From a virus (Duplodnaviria > Caudoviricetes), in the IMG/VR virus record IMGVR_UViG_3300011442_000011, positions 1 through 55,982 of that record: a DNA stretch of 55,982 nucleotides; one strand, written 5' to 3'. How positions within the stretch are numbered: position 1 is the stretch's first letter; every line of letters starts with the position of its first letter. A model generated the notes under the pieces. That model saw only the letters and a list, made by a program, of their open reading frames with translations. It was not told the DNA's origin and searched no databases. Made by a program: the position numbers and the translations under genes. Shown in pieces: positions 8,519 to 17,325 of this stretch.

Positions 8519-9409
8519 ATGCCAGCTAAATTCGTCTTACTTGACCATTTCTTTGCGACCGCTCGCGAACGCTATCAGATAAAGTTGAATCGGGAAGCTG
8601 GCAAACCGTGGCCCTGGACAACGGACACACATTTTCAAAACTGGCGCTTTTGTCAAGTTCATCGTGAAGATGACAAGACAACAGTGTGGTTCCGGGAAAC
8701 GATCCGCAAAGGCATCCTCGAACGATTTCCATCGTCTGGCAATTATAAACTTTTGAAGCTATTAGAGTCTACGCTCATTTTCCGCTGGTTCAATCGTATC
8801 GAAACTGGCGAAGCAATCAAAGATCTGCTCATCTACGATTGGGATACACAGGAAGCCCGTTCGCGGCTGACTGGTGTCAGTCCTGTGGTAACAGGCGCCT
8901 ACATTATCAAAGCTGGTGATGGTGTCAGCAAGCTAGAAGGGATTCTGGCCTGCATCGACGAGGCACGGCCACAGCTACCACGGATGCTTGCAGACTGGAT
9001 GGTTGAGCCACCCGAACATCGATCTCTTCGAGTTGCATGGGAAAGTATTCGCGAGCTCCATTTCATGGGCGGCTTCATGGCGTACGAAGCTGTCAGTGAT
9101 CTTCGTTGGACACCGATCCTTGATCAAGCACAAGACATAATGACGTGGGCAAACGCTGGCCCCGGATGCGCTCGAGGACTGGGTTGGGTCGTCTACAACG
9201 ATTCCGATGTTTTCTCCTGTTCAGTAGGACACCAGCGCAAGATGCTGGAATACATGCAGGAGCTCCTCGAACATAGCAAGAATCCGAATTATTGGCCTGC
9301 TGAATGGAAACAATGGGAGATGCGGGAAGTTGAGCACTGGAATTGTGAATTCGACAAATACATGCGCGCCTACGGTGGCTCGCGGCTCAAACGGCGATTT
9401 CAAGTGTAA
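8519..9409 (+). CDS. alpha-glutamyl/putrescinyl-thymine pyrophosphorylase clade 1 family (thymidine hypermodification protein)
   Basis: ER..I...R..G.P.PWT.D...WRFCQVHREDD, FRWFN, GGFMAYE...DL, AGPG..RGL, EH.NCEFDKY. Confidence 0.8.
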   Translation: MPAKFVLLDHFFATARERYQIKLNREAGKPWPWTTDTHFQNWRFCQVHREDDKTTVWFRETIRKGILERFPSSGNYKLLKLLESTLIFRWFNRIETGEAIKDLLIYDWDTQEARSRLTGVSPVVTGAYIIKAGDGVSKLEGILACIDEARPQLPRMLADWMVEPPEHRSLRVAWESIRELHFMGGFMAYEAVSDLRWTPILDQAQDIMTWANAGPGCARGLGWVVYNDSDVFSCSVGHQRKMLEYMQELLEHSKNPNYWPAEWKQWEMREVEHWNCEFDKYMRAYGGSRLKRRFQV

Positions 9410-9415
9410 AGAAAT

Positions 9416-9616
9416 ATGCTACGGATTAGATTATTCATAGAAGTAGACGTAGATCTTCACGAATTCAGAGATAAATCGGTTTTAGAAATCTCTGAAGTTG
9501 TAAAGAAAGACGCCATCAAACAAATTAATGATATTGGCTATACTGGTCGCGTCAAAGGCTTGTATATTCCGAATATGGATAACATAAGACAAGCAGTATT
9601 ACAAACTGAATTATGA
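9416..9616 (+). CDS. hypothetical protein
   Basis: 66-aa AT-rich ORF in operon; ATGA overlap with next gene. Confidence 0.55.
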   Translation: MLRIRLFIEVDVDLHEFRDKSVLEISEVVKKDAIKQINDIGYTGRVKGLYIPNMDNIRQAVLQTEL

Positions 9617-10371
9617 AGATCATCGTCCCATCAATTGGTAGAGCCGGTAAGTGCAATTCGATGAAATGGCTCCCGGAAGCCAATCGTCCGATTGTATTTG
9701 CTGTGCATAGTGATGAAGTCGAAGCATACCGGGCTGCATATCCTGGTTGCTCTATCATGCATCTCTCAGATAGCTGCCGTAAGCACACTGGCCTCGTCCG
9801 CAAAGAAATCATGGAGAGCGTTCGGGAGCCTTTCATCTTTGTCGATGATGACATTCGTGTAAGCCTCAAGGCTGTTAACAGTGTCGAGAAGATGATCGAG
9901 CAAATCGAGGAGCATGTCGGTCTCGGCGGCTTCTCGATGGCAGGGCTCGCACCGCAGCTCTTCTCGAATTACGCTGTAGACAAAGTTGAAACAATCGGTC
10001 ACGATTTCTTCGCGATTCGTAACAAGTTCGTGGCAACCGTCTATGGGATCAATCCCACCCACTTCGACGACTGTCCACTTGAAGTATTGCCAGTCTATGA
10101 AGACATTGCTCTCGTTATCCATGCAATAGAACGAGGTAATGGGACGATTGTCACTTACTGCGCAACGCACAGCAATGTCAGCCCATCGGTTGGCGGCTGC
10201 AACTCGTGGCGCAATGAACAGATCACGATCGACTGCCTGATGAAATTAGTGAATCTGTATCCGCACGTTTGTTCGATTCGGGAAACAAAGAATACGACTC
10301 ACAGCCAGAACATCGGTATCGGATTGAGGGTTGCGTGGTCGAAGATAAAGAAGCTCGAATTGCCGAGCTAG
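9613..10371 (+). CDS. GT-A fold glycosyltransferase (JGT/TET-associated GT-like) 1
   Basis: MKIIVPSIGR, FVDDD, YED, GGC motifs. Confidence 0.75.
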   Translation: MKIIVPSIGRAGKCNSMKWLPEANRPIVFAVHSDEVEAYRAAYPGCSIMHLSDSCRKHTGLVRKEIMESVREPFIFVDDDIRVSLKAVNSVEKMIEQIEEHVGLGGFSMAGLAPQLFSNYAVDKVETIGHDFFAIRNKFVATVYGINPTHFDDCPLEVLPVYEDIALVIHAIERGNGTIVTYCATHSNVSPSVGGCNSWRNEQITIDCLMKLVNLYPHVCSIRETKNTTHSQNIGIGLRVAWSKIKKLELPS

Positions 10372-10529
10372 AGCGTGGTCGACGCAATCATCTCGAAGCA
10401 TTGCGACGAGATATCGACTACGCGCTAGAACGCCCGTTCTATATTGGATTTGCAAATGCGAATTCCAATACCTATATGCGAATTGCGGAAGCTGAGGCAC
10501 AACTCAGGTTATTGAAACACGGACAATGA
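10335..10529 (+). CDS. small hypothetical protein
   Basis: GTG with GAGGG RBS; ATGA overlap with GT2 start. Confidence 0.45.
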   Translation: MVEDKEARIAELERGRRNHLEALRRDIDYALERPFYIGFANANSNTYMRIAEAEAQLRLLKHGQ

Positions 10530-11302
10530 GGATCATCATCCCGACTAAAGGCCGCATCTCTCGACAGACTACTCTGGAGAACTTGCCGAAGGCTCTGCAC
10601 GAGCAGGTTACGATTGTCTGTCCTCCAAAAGAAGCGGTCTTCCATCGGAATAACTTCCCAGCCTGTGAAGTGAGCGAGCAGCCCGACCCAGAAATGGGGA
10701 TTGCGGCGAAACGTCACTGGATAATCGAAACCGCACAGTCAGAAAAATTGGTGATGCTCGATGATGATCTTCGGTTCGCGGTTCGACGCCAAGATGATCC
10801 CGCACGTTTCCGAAAAGCTGAGGGAGAAGATATTATCCGAGCATTCGTCGAGCTAGACGCCGTCCTCTCTGAAGAAGTTCCTCATGCTGGATTCTCAGCT
10901 CGCGGCGGTGGAATCAGCGAGAAGGCGCAAGCAGGTGGATGGCAACTCGGTAAGAGGATGATGTATGTCCTCGGCTACCATGTTCCTACACTACGGAAAC
11001 ACGCAGAGTTCGGGCGAATTGGCACGCATGAAGACATGGATGTTTGTCTTCAGCTCCTAACAAAAGGATTTCCAAACAGCGTGAATTTTTCGTTCGTTGT
11101 CGACCAAGCCTTCGGGAATCCTGGTGGCTGCACGAACGAACGCACTGTCGAAAAGAACAATACTGATGTCATGAAGCTCGCGTCGTTCTTCCCAGCCTAT
11201 GTCCGAGTGACCCAGAAAGACTATGCAGGTTCAGTCCCTCGAATGGAAGTTGTCGTACAGTGGAAACGGGCAATGGAAGATGGACTTCGTAACAGGCAAT
11301 AG
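10526..11302 (+). CDS. GT-A fold glycosyltransferase (JGT/TET-associated GT-like) 2
   Basis: MRIIIPTKGR, MLDDDL, HEDMD..LQLL..G, PGGC motifs; paralog of 9613 gene. Confidence 0.8.
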   Translation: MRIIIPTKGRISRQTTLENLPKALHEQVTIVCPPKEAVFHRNNFPACEVSEQPDPEMGIAAKRHWIIETAQSEKLVMLDDDLRFAVRRQDDPARFRKAEGEDIIRAFVELDAVLSEEVPHAGFSARGGGISEKAQAGGWQLGKRMMYVLGYHVPTLRKHAEFGRIGTHEDMDVCLQLLTKGFPNSVNFSFVVDQAFGNPGGCTNERTVEKNNTDVMKLASFFPAYVRVTQKDYAGSVPRMEVVVQWKRAMEDGLRNRQ

Positions 11303-11966
11303 CGGTTCGCTTCTGCTGCCAGCAGTTTTCAAAACCGGGCCGGAGTGCCTTCAGGAAGGCGCTTACTGCGAGGTACTCGGTAAAGATGTCACGCCACGTA
11401 TCCTCTGTCTAACGACGGATGGCTACGTGATGGAGAAGCTCGAGAAGGCGGCGCGTCATCCCGATCTTCTGTGCCAAATTACAGAGTTACTAAAGAAGCG
11501 TGTTTGGTCTCGGCCATCGCAAGATTACGATGTTGCTGGTAAAAGCTATAAGGATCATCACAAGGAGCTCGGTCTTGAAGTTCCGGACTGGGCAGTGCCG
11601 ACTTCTTTCTGCATGACACATGGTGATCCAACCGCTTCAAACACACTACTCCGTAACGGCCAACTTATCCTCTGTGATCCACGTCCGCCTAGAGCCTACG
11701 TGCCACAATGCCGGGAAAGCGATATGGCACGAATCATGCAATCTTATTTTGGATGGGAAGTTGCTGCATACGGAGAGCCGATTATTCGTTATAAATTTCC
11801 AGATTTTTGGCTGAATCCTAGTATCCGGCATAAGGTCTCTTTCTGGTTGGCAGCAACAACACTTCGAATCGAGAAATTTGAGTTCTCCAAACCGAAACGA
11901 CGTGAATCCGTCGTTTCATGGTGTCGGGAGGTAAGGATTAAGTGTCTAAACGAATGTGGGCTATAA
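11280..11966 (+). CDS. APH/choline-kinase-like phosphotransferase
   Basis: GNSG loop, YVMEKL, HGDPTASN catalytic motif, ILCDPR, ESDMARIMQS. Confidence 0.75.
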   Translation: MDFVTGNSGSLLLPAVFKTGPECLQEGAYCEVLGKDVTPRILCLTTDGYVMEKLEKAARHPDLLCQITELLKKRVWSRPSQDYDVAGKSYKDHHKELGLEVPDWAVPTSFCMTHGDPTASNTLLRNGQLILCDPRPPRAYVPQCRESDMARIMQSYFGWEVAAYGEPIIRYKFPDFWLNPSIRHKVSFWLAATTLRIEKFEFSKPKRRESVVSWCREVRIKCLNECGL

Positions 11967-12637
11967 TTCCAGCAGCCGGACAATCTCAGCGATTTGCCGA
12001 TGTCGGCTATTCGACTATTAAGCCATTACTAAAAGTCCAAGACAGAAATGGACTAACGCTATCAATGCTGGCCCATGTTCGAGGAACTCTGCCCGTAGAG
12101 GACCCATATGTCCTGACGGCACTGCCAGCCGGTGTCGAAAGACCTGAAGACTACAAGGGTACGAAAACTATAGTCATAGAGACCATCGGACAAGCTGATA
12201 CGATTCGACAAGCGATTATTGGTCTCCCAGCTAACGATGCTGTCCTAATCGCTGATTGTGACATGGTCCTAGATCCAATCGATATTTTCAAGATGATCAC
12301 ACATTCGCAAATTGCGGAAGTAGTCGTAGCAGTTACACAGACATTCGACCCCAATGCCTCTCGAGTTGACCAAATCCCATTCCCAACGCGCTTCGTCGAG
12401 AAAGAACCGATTTCTCAATGGGGGATCGTTGGAATTCGCATCTTCAATTCAGTTCGGAAGCTCGAGATTGCGCTGGACATAGCAATCAGCCGAGCAATCC
12501 GTCATAGTCAAGAGCCGTATCTGTCGATGGCCATGAATGATTATCCTGGGCCGAAATATGCGCATGTCATCACAAATTTCCAGGACTGGGGAACTCCGGA
12601 GAGATTGGTGAACAGTGGCGCCAAAATCTTGGACTAA
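11954..12637 (+). CDS. sugar-phosphate nucleotidyltransferase (NTP_transferase family)
   Basis: IIPAAGQSQRF..KPLL, GQADT, IADCD, FVEKEPIS, DWGTPE. Confidence 0.85.
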   Translation: MWAIIPAAGQSQRFADVGYSTIKPLLKVQDRNGLTLSMLAHVRGTLPVEDPYVLTALPAGVERPEDYKGTKTIVIETIGQADTIRQAIIGLPANDAVLIADCDMVLDPIDIFKMITHSQIAEVVVAVTQTFDPNASRVDQIPFPTRFVEKEPISQWGIVGIRIFNSVRKLEIALDIAISRAIRHSQEPYLSMAMNDYPGPKYAHVITNFQDWGTPERLVNSGAKILD

Positions 12638-12755
12638 GTGGTTTACAACCTGTAAGCTCTGCGGAGATCCGGGCATTTGTGTCTGCTTCTCTTGTCTTCG
12701 AGCTATGCTCATTTCAGCACTAATGGTGCGATTACTTGATTGGATTTTCAAATGA
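12615..12755 (+). CDS. small Cys-rich protein (46 aa; not in ORF track)
   Basis: GTG-start ORF MAPKSWTKWFTTCKLCGDPGICVCFSCLRAMLISALMVRLLDWIFK; TGA overlaps TS start (ATGA). Confidence 0.4.
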   Translation: MAPKSWTKWFTTCKLCGDPGICVCFSCLRAMLISALMVRLLDWIFK

Positions 12756-13828
12756 AAACTCTCTTTGTGCAGAACGTCCACGAAGCTCTGCCATTCGCGC
12801 TCCGCTATCTGCACTACGAGGGCTACAATCGCGATAGTCGTAACGGCCCAGTCCGCATCTCACCAGTTCCAGTCACAACGATCTACAACAAACCGTGGCA
12901 GCGAGTCCTATTCTGGTCGCAGCGCGACGCTAACCCATTCTTCCATCTCTACGAATCGCTGTGGATGCTAGCTGGTCGTGACGATCTTGCTGGCGTCGTC
13001 AAATATGCCAAGAACATGGCGAGCTATTCTGACGATGGCCATACATTCCATGGTGCATACGGAGCTCGTTGGCGCAATTGGTTTGATTTACAACATCCAA
13101 CGGCACCTTATGATCAATTGAGAGCGATCGCTGATCGCTTACGGAAAGATCCAAATGATCGTCGTTGCATTCTACAAATGTGGGATGCTGAGACTGACTT
13201 GGATAATCCAGGCAAAGATGTTCCGTGCAATACGACCGCCACATTTCAGCGTGATCAAATCGGTAGGCTGGATTTAATAATCTTCTGCCGGTCTAACGAT
13301 ATCATCTGGGGAGCCTACGGCGCGAATGCCGTCCATTTTTCCATGCTTCTCGAATACATGGCTCTGAAAATTGGCTGTCCGATGGGACGGATGTATCAGG
13401 TGAGTGTGAACTGGCACGCCTATCTCGAAACGCTGAAGCAATGTGAACCGATCCGTAATTTGATCGATCGTGGCGATTACATTGGTAGCTACTATGATGC
13501 ATTCAAAGAACGTGTGCATCATACACCAATGGAAAATCCAGAAGAGATCGATATACACATCGCACAGATTTTGACATTAGCAGATAACGATCTATTGCAT
13601 ACCGGTTATCATATTTTTCCAAAGGGATCTTGGCCTCATGAAGTTTCGGTCTGTTTGGAAGCACACGAATATCATCGGATGAAAAGATACGGGGATGCAG
13701 ACAGGGTTCTAACTCTCGGGAGCGTAGATAACGATTGGAACCGCGCTTGTCGAGAGTGGTTGCAGCGTCGTCGCGAAAAACGAGAAGAGCCAAAGAAGCC
13801 GGAGAGCGTCGGTGGAACTTCGGTTTAA
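12752..13828 (+). CDS. thymidylate synthase-family enzyme, probable dUMP hydroxymethylase
   Basis: SRNG, RDANPFFH..E.LWMLAGR, AYG.RWR, DVPCN, RSND..WGAYGANAVHFS, NWHAY. Confidence 0.85.
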   Translation: MKTLFVQNVHEALPFALRYLHYEGYNRDSRNGPVRISPVPVTTIYNKPWQRVLFWSQRDANPFFHLYESLWMLAGRDDLAGVVKYAKNMASYSDDGHTFHGAYGARWRNWFDLQHPTAPYDQLRAIADRLRKDPNDRRCILQMWDAETDLDNPGKDVPCNTTATFQRDQIGRLDLIIFCRSNDIIWGAYGANAVHFSMLLEYMALKIGCPMGRMYQVSVNWHAYLETLKQCEPIRNLIDRGDYIGSYYDAFKERVHHTPMENPEEIDIHIAQILTLADNDLLHTGYHIFPKGSWPHEVSVCLEAHEYHRMKRYGDADRVLTLGSVDNDWNRACREWLQRRREKREEPKKPESVGGTSV

Positions 13829-14354
13829 GTCTCACTTCTACGAGCTCATGGAGCGAGGTTGTCTTGGCAACACGCTCAGGAACTGGCGAACAATCCAAGA
13901 CGCTTGGGACGCAGAGAGTCCATACTATGGATTTCGGGAAATTGGGATTGCGGGAGGGGGACTTCATTCAGTTGTGCCTCGAAGCGATCTCTTCGCAAAA
14001 TTCAACGATTGGTCGCATGCTGGTCGACGATTCATCATGGATGAAGCCGCCCCAGATACCGATGTTCAATTACAAGGTGAAATTTGTCAAGGAATCTTTG
14101 GCTGGGAAGGATACCTCGGAATTCGAACAGGTCTTCGTATGCGACCTGCAATGGCAGCAGGTTGTATGCGACCCTACAGAGGACTATCAACTAGAACCAT
14201 TGTTCGTAGCTTCTGTTGCGAAAACAGTTTCGGAGATATTGAATGTCTCTTTGATCTTTACCCAGACGCCACGATTGAGTTCGCAACATACCCATACGAT
14301 CTTGGAAAGATACCACGGCGGAATACTCTCATCTGGGAGCTGAGGAATTACTGA
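13812..14354 (+). CDS. hypothetical protein
   Basis: 180-aa ORF overlapping TS end, GGAG upstream; more protein-like than the overlapping 13735 frame. Confidence 0.65.
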   Translation: MELRFKSHFYELMERGCLGNTLRNWRTIQDAWDAESPYYGFREIGIAGGGLHSVVPRSDLFAKFNDWSHAGRRFIMDEAAPDTDVQLQGEICQGIFGWEGYLGIRTGLRMRPAMAAGCMRPYRGLSTRTIVRSFCCENSFGDIECLFDLYPDATIEFATYPYDLGKIPRRNTLIWELRNY

Positions 14355-14355
14355 T

Positions 14356-14646
14356 ATGAAGCCCGAACTCGTCACAGCAGAAATGCTGAATGCACCGCTC
14401 GTCGCTGAGATTGTAAAGCGTCGCGCAGCGCGTGTCGATGCTTTGGGCATTGATCGCTCGTTGTATAAGAAGATCTCGCTATTTCCACTATCACCACATG
14501 CAGCGGAACGTGAACGTATTTGGCGTGAGAAACGTGGTGACATCACTGAGGGCGACAAAGTAGCAGCGTGGCGAGATTTCTTCGCGATGACAGAGGACTA
14601 TGATTACAGACTTGCTCAAGCTAAAAAGGCCACTAATATGGACTGA
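14356..14646 (+). CDS. hypothetical protein
   Basis: 96-aa ORF with GAGG RBS. Confidence 0.6.
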   Translation: MKPELVTAEMLNAPLVAEIVKRRAARVDALGIDRSLYKKISLFPLSPHAAERERIWREKRGDITEGDKVAAWRDFFAMTEDYDYRLAQAKKATNMD

Positions 14647-15409
14647 CGTTGAAACACACGACGTCGGGCCACCTGAGCAATTACATATCTGTGATATCAG
14701 CTTCATAGTTCTATATCCAGCAGAGCTCCAAAAGGAACCAAAAGTCTGGGGGTCTTTGGTCAAACCCCCTAAACCGATTACAGCAGCGGCGACCGAAGCG
14801 CATCATATTACTAATGAAGAAGTCGCGAATGCGCCAACGTGGGATCAGTTAGGTGCGAATATCGCGAAAGGATTTACAGACTGTGACTTTGGAGGTTACA
14901 ACATTCGTTTCGACATGCGAGTTATCTACAGTGAAATGCTTCGCATCGGAGTTAAATGGTCTTTTGAAACTGCTAAACTGGTTGATGCTTTGCGGATCTG
15001 GCATATCGGTGCTCCGCGGACTCTATCGGATGCGGTCCGTGAATTCTGTAAGCGTGAACCGACGGAAGCTCATCGTGCAGCCGGCGATACCAGAGATGCA
15101 ATGGAAGTCGCCTTTGCAATGTTGCAAAGATTCGAGCACCTGCCCCGTGATATTGATTCCTTGCACCAATTGTCCTTTGCTGACAAAAACAAACTTGACC
15201 CAGATGGTAAAATCATCTGGATTGGTAGTGAGGCTGGATTAAGTTTCGGGAAGCACAATGGCGTCGTGCTCAAGAACATCCCGCGTGGTTATCTCGAATG
15301 GATCATGGGTGGTGGTTTTGCACCCGAGGTCAAGAAGATTGTAGGCGATGCGCTTCTGGGAATTTATCCGTCTAAAGTATCTCTACCCGAAAAGCCCAAA
15401 GATGCCTGA
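14600..15409 (+). CDS. DEDDh 3'-5' exonuclease (DnaQ/ExoX-like) with C-terminal FGKH domain
   Basis: DVET, HHIT, GYNIRFD, AHRAAGD; FGKHNG..IPRGYLEW. Confidence 0.9.
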   Translation: MITDLLKLKRPLIWTDVETHDVGPPEQLHICDISFIVLYPAELQKEPKVWGSLVKPPKPITAAATEAHHITNEEVANAPTWDQLGANIAKGFTDCDFGGYNIRFDMRVIYSEMLRIGVKWSFETAKLVDALRIWHIGAPRTLSDAVREFCKREPTEAHRAAGDTRDAMEVAFAMLQRFEHLPRDIDSLHQLSFADKNKLDPDGKIIWIGSEAGLSFGKHNGVVLKNIPRGYLEWIMGGGFAPEVKKIVGDALLGIYPSKVSLPEKPKDA

Positions 15410-16988
15410 ATCGTTAGTCAAGCTGGCTCCGCCACCAGACTTCTCGCTTTGTCGTCCAGTGCTGTTACAAGATGGCACATGGTCCACAGTGAAGGAACAT
15501 GCGAAGATAGGAGTTCGCGCAATATTGGCGAATCCTTATTTCTTCATCGGCGATGAGATGGGTGGGATGAAATCTGCCCAGACAGCCATTGCTGCGCAGT
15601 TCCTATTTCTCGCTAATAAAATTGACCGTGTTCTTATTATTTGCCCGGCCTCAGTTCGACCAGTGTGGTTCGATCGAGATATCGGCGAGATTGCGCTCCA
15701 TGCCTTCGATTCAATTCCATACAAACTTGTTCACGAATACCATGTGCGGAATTCAGCTTGGGGTAATGCACCGAAGGGCTCCCGCTTCTTACATTGGGTG
15801 ATCACGAACTATGAGTTCATTCGTCGTTCAGAGAGATTAGCTGAGCTCAAAACGCTCTGCAATCCTCGAACAATGATCGTATTCGACGAATCCAGCGCGT
15901 TGAAGAATCACAAGTCTGAGACCTACCGAGTGTCTAAGATTCTACGCATGTTGTGTTCTCAAGTCGTAGAGCTCAATGGAACTCCCGGTAAGCCGATGGA
16001 CATGTATACGCAAGCCGATATCCTCAGTCCAACAATCATGGGCTGTCGTTCATTCTATCATTATCGTGCAAGATATGCAATTATGGGCGGATGGCAGATG
16101 AAGCAGATCACACAATATCAAAATCTGGAAGACATGCAACGACGGATGGCACCCTACATTCTTCGACGTGAGAAGGATGCTTTTCGTGATTATCCAAAAG
16201 CGTTGCCGCCAGTTCAGCGAGTTGTTACGCTCAGTGATGAGACTTGGCGTATCTATAAAGAGATGCGCGAGGAAATGGTTGCATTCCTCTCACAGAATAC
16301 GATCGCAGTTGCAGCACAGGCCGCGGTTCGTTCACTCCGACTTTCGCAGCTAACCTCCGGATTCGTCGGTGGTGTCGAGGAAGAGTCCACCGAAGCTGAG
16401 CTGGAAGCGAGCGACGGCATTGTACCTCCTCGATATACCACGAAAGAAGTGAGCCGTGAGAAATTGGATTTTGTTCTGGATCTCCAAGAAGAGTGGCTTG
16501 AAAACGATCCAAATCTCAAACTCCTTGTCTGGTGTCGATTTATCCCAGAACTTAGAAGATTTTTTACAGACCATGCAGCACGATATCCCGGAATTGTGCG
16601 GGGTAGCTGTGCTGGACCCTCCATGTTTGGTCGTGGTAAGAAACTCGAACGAGCCGATGCTCTCCGTTTACTCAATCCCAAGACAGCACCTCCAGGACCA
16701 GTCACCGTTGGCGGGACCTACGGAACAGGGGCGCTCGGACTCAATTTTACGGCTTGTCATACAGTCATTAATATGAGTTGCGATTACAGCTATTATAAAG
16801 CTGCACAATCCGCGGCGCGTGTTGATCGACCTGGCCAGCTTTATCCGGTTTCCACATTTGATATCGTGGCAGAAGGGCCACGCGGTCAGAAGACGATTGA
16901 TCATATCATTGCCAAAGCTCGACGAACAAACGAAGAGTTGGCGTCTTGGACATGTTCAGCGTGGATTAAAGCGCTGACGGAGGAGTGA
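15402..16988 (+). CDS. SNF2-family helicase
   Basis: DEMGGMKS, NYE, FDESS, LNGTP, GLNFT, QSAARVDRPGQ. Confidence 0.9.
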   Translation: MPESLVKLAPPPDFSLCRPVLLQDGTWSTVKEHAKIGVRAILANPYFFIGDEMGGMKSAQTAIAAQFLFLANKIDRVLIICPASVRPVWFDRDIGEIALHAFDSIPYKLVHEYHVRNSAWGNAPKGSRFLHWVITNYEFIRRSERLAELKTLCNPRTMIVFDESSALKNHKSETYRVSKILRMLCSQVVELNGTPGKPMDMYTQADILSPTIMGCRSFYHYRARYAIMGGWQMKQITQYQNLEDMQRRMAPYILRREKDAFRDYPKALPPVQRVVTLSDETWRIYKEMREEMVAFLSQNTIAVAAQAAVRSLRLSQLTSGFVGGVEEESTEAELEASDGIVPPRYTTKEVSREKLDFVLDLQEEWLENDPNLKLLVWCRFIPELRRFFTDHAARYPGIVRGSCAGPSMFGRGKKLERADALRLLNPKTAPPGPVTVGGTYGTGALGLNFTACHTVINMSCDYSYYKAAQSAARVDRPGQLYPVSTFDIVAEGPRGQKTIDHIIAKARRTNEELASWTCSAWIKALTEE

Positions 16989-17287
16989 TGAAAACTCACG
17001 AGATCACATTGCAAGCTACAGTCCGTGCTTCGGACGATGCGGATGTCCAAGAGATCACCGCGGTTCTAAAGTCACGACTTGAGAGGTTCCCAGCTCTTTA
17101 TCAAGAAAAAGTCAAAGCAATCCGTGTTGATGCAGTCTCTGTCACAACCGAACAACCCCCAATTTCCACTGTAGTTCCCCTTGTTTGCATGATCCAGAAA
17201 GATGGTCTAGGCTCCTGGCATATCTGGCAGAACCATGATGAAATCTGTCAGTGTGGTTTGGAAAAACGCATCGTAATACACGTCTAA
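16985..17287 (+). CDS. hypothetical protein
   Basis: 100-aa ORF, GGAGGAG RBS. Confidence 0.6.
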   Translation: MMKTHEITLQATVRASDDADVQEITAVLKSRLERFPALYQEKVKAIRVDAVSVTTEQPPISTVVPLVCMIQKDGLGSWHIWQNHDEICQCGLEKRIVIHV

Positions 17288-17296
17288 AGTTTCTGC

Positions 17297-17325
17297 TTGC
17301 AATCAGTTTTAAACTGTAGTATCAT
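17297..17325 (+). promoter_or_regulatory. promoter with operator-like dyad (copy 4)
   Basis: TTGCAA-tcagttttaaactgtag-TATCAT; 17-bp spacer. Confidence 0.8.

Noticed and set aside
8519-13828. 7-deazaguanine or TET/5mC-based modification
   Set aside because: No DpdA/FolE/QueCDE, C5-methyltransferase or 2OG-Fe dioxygenase motifs recognised
13735-14343. 202-aa alternative-frame ORF
   Set aside because: Overlaps TS end and the better-coupled 13812 ORF; no RBS or motif; cannot be wholly excluded
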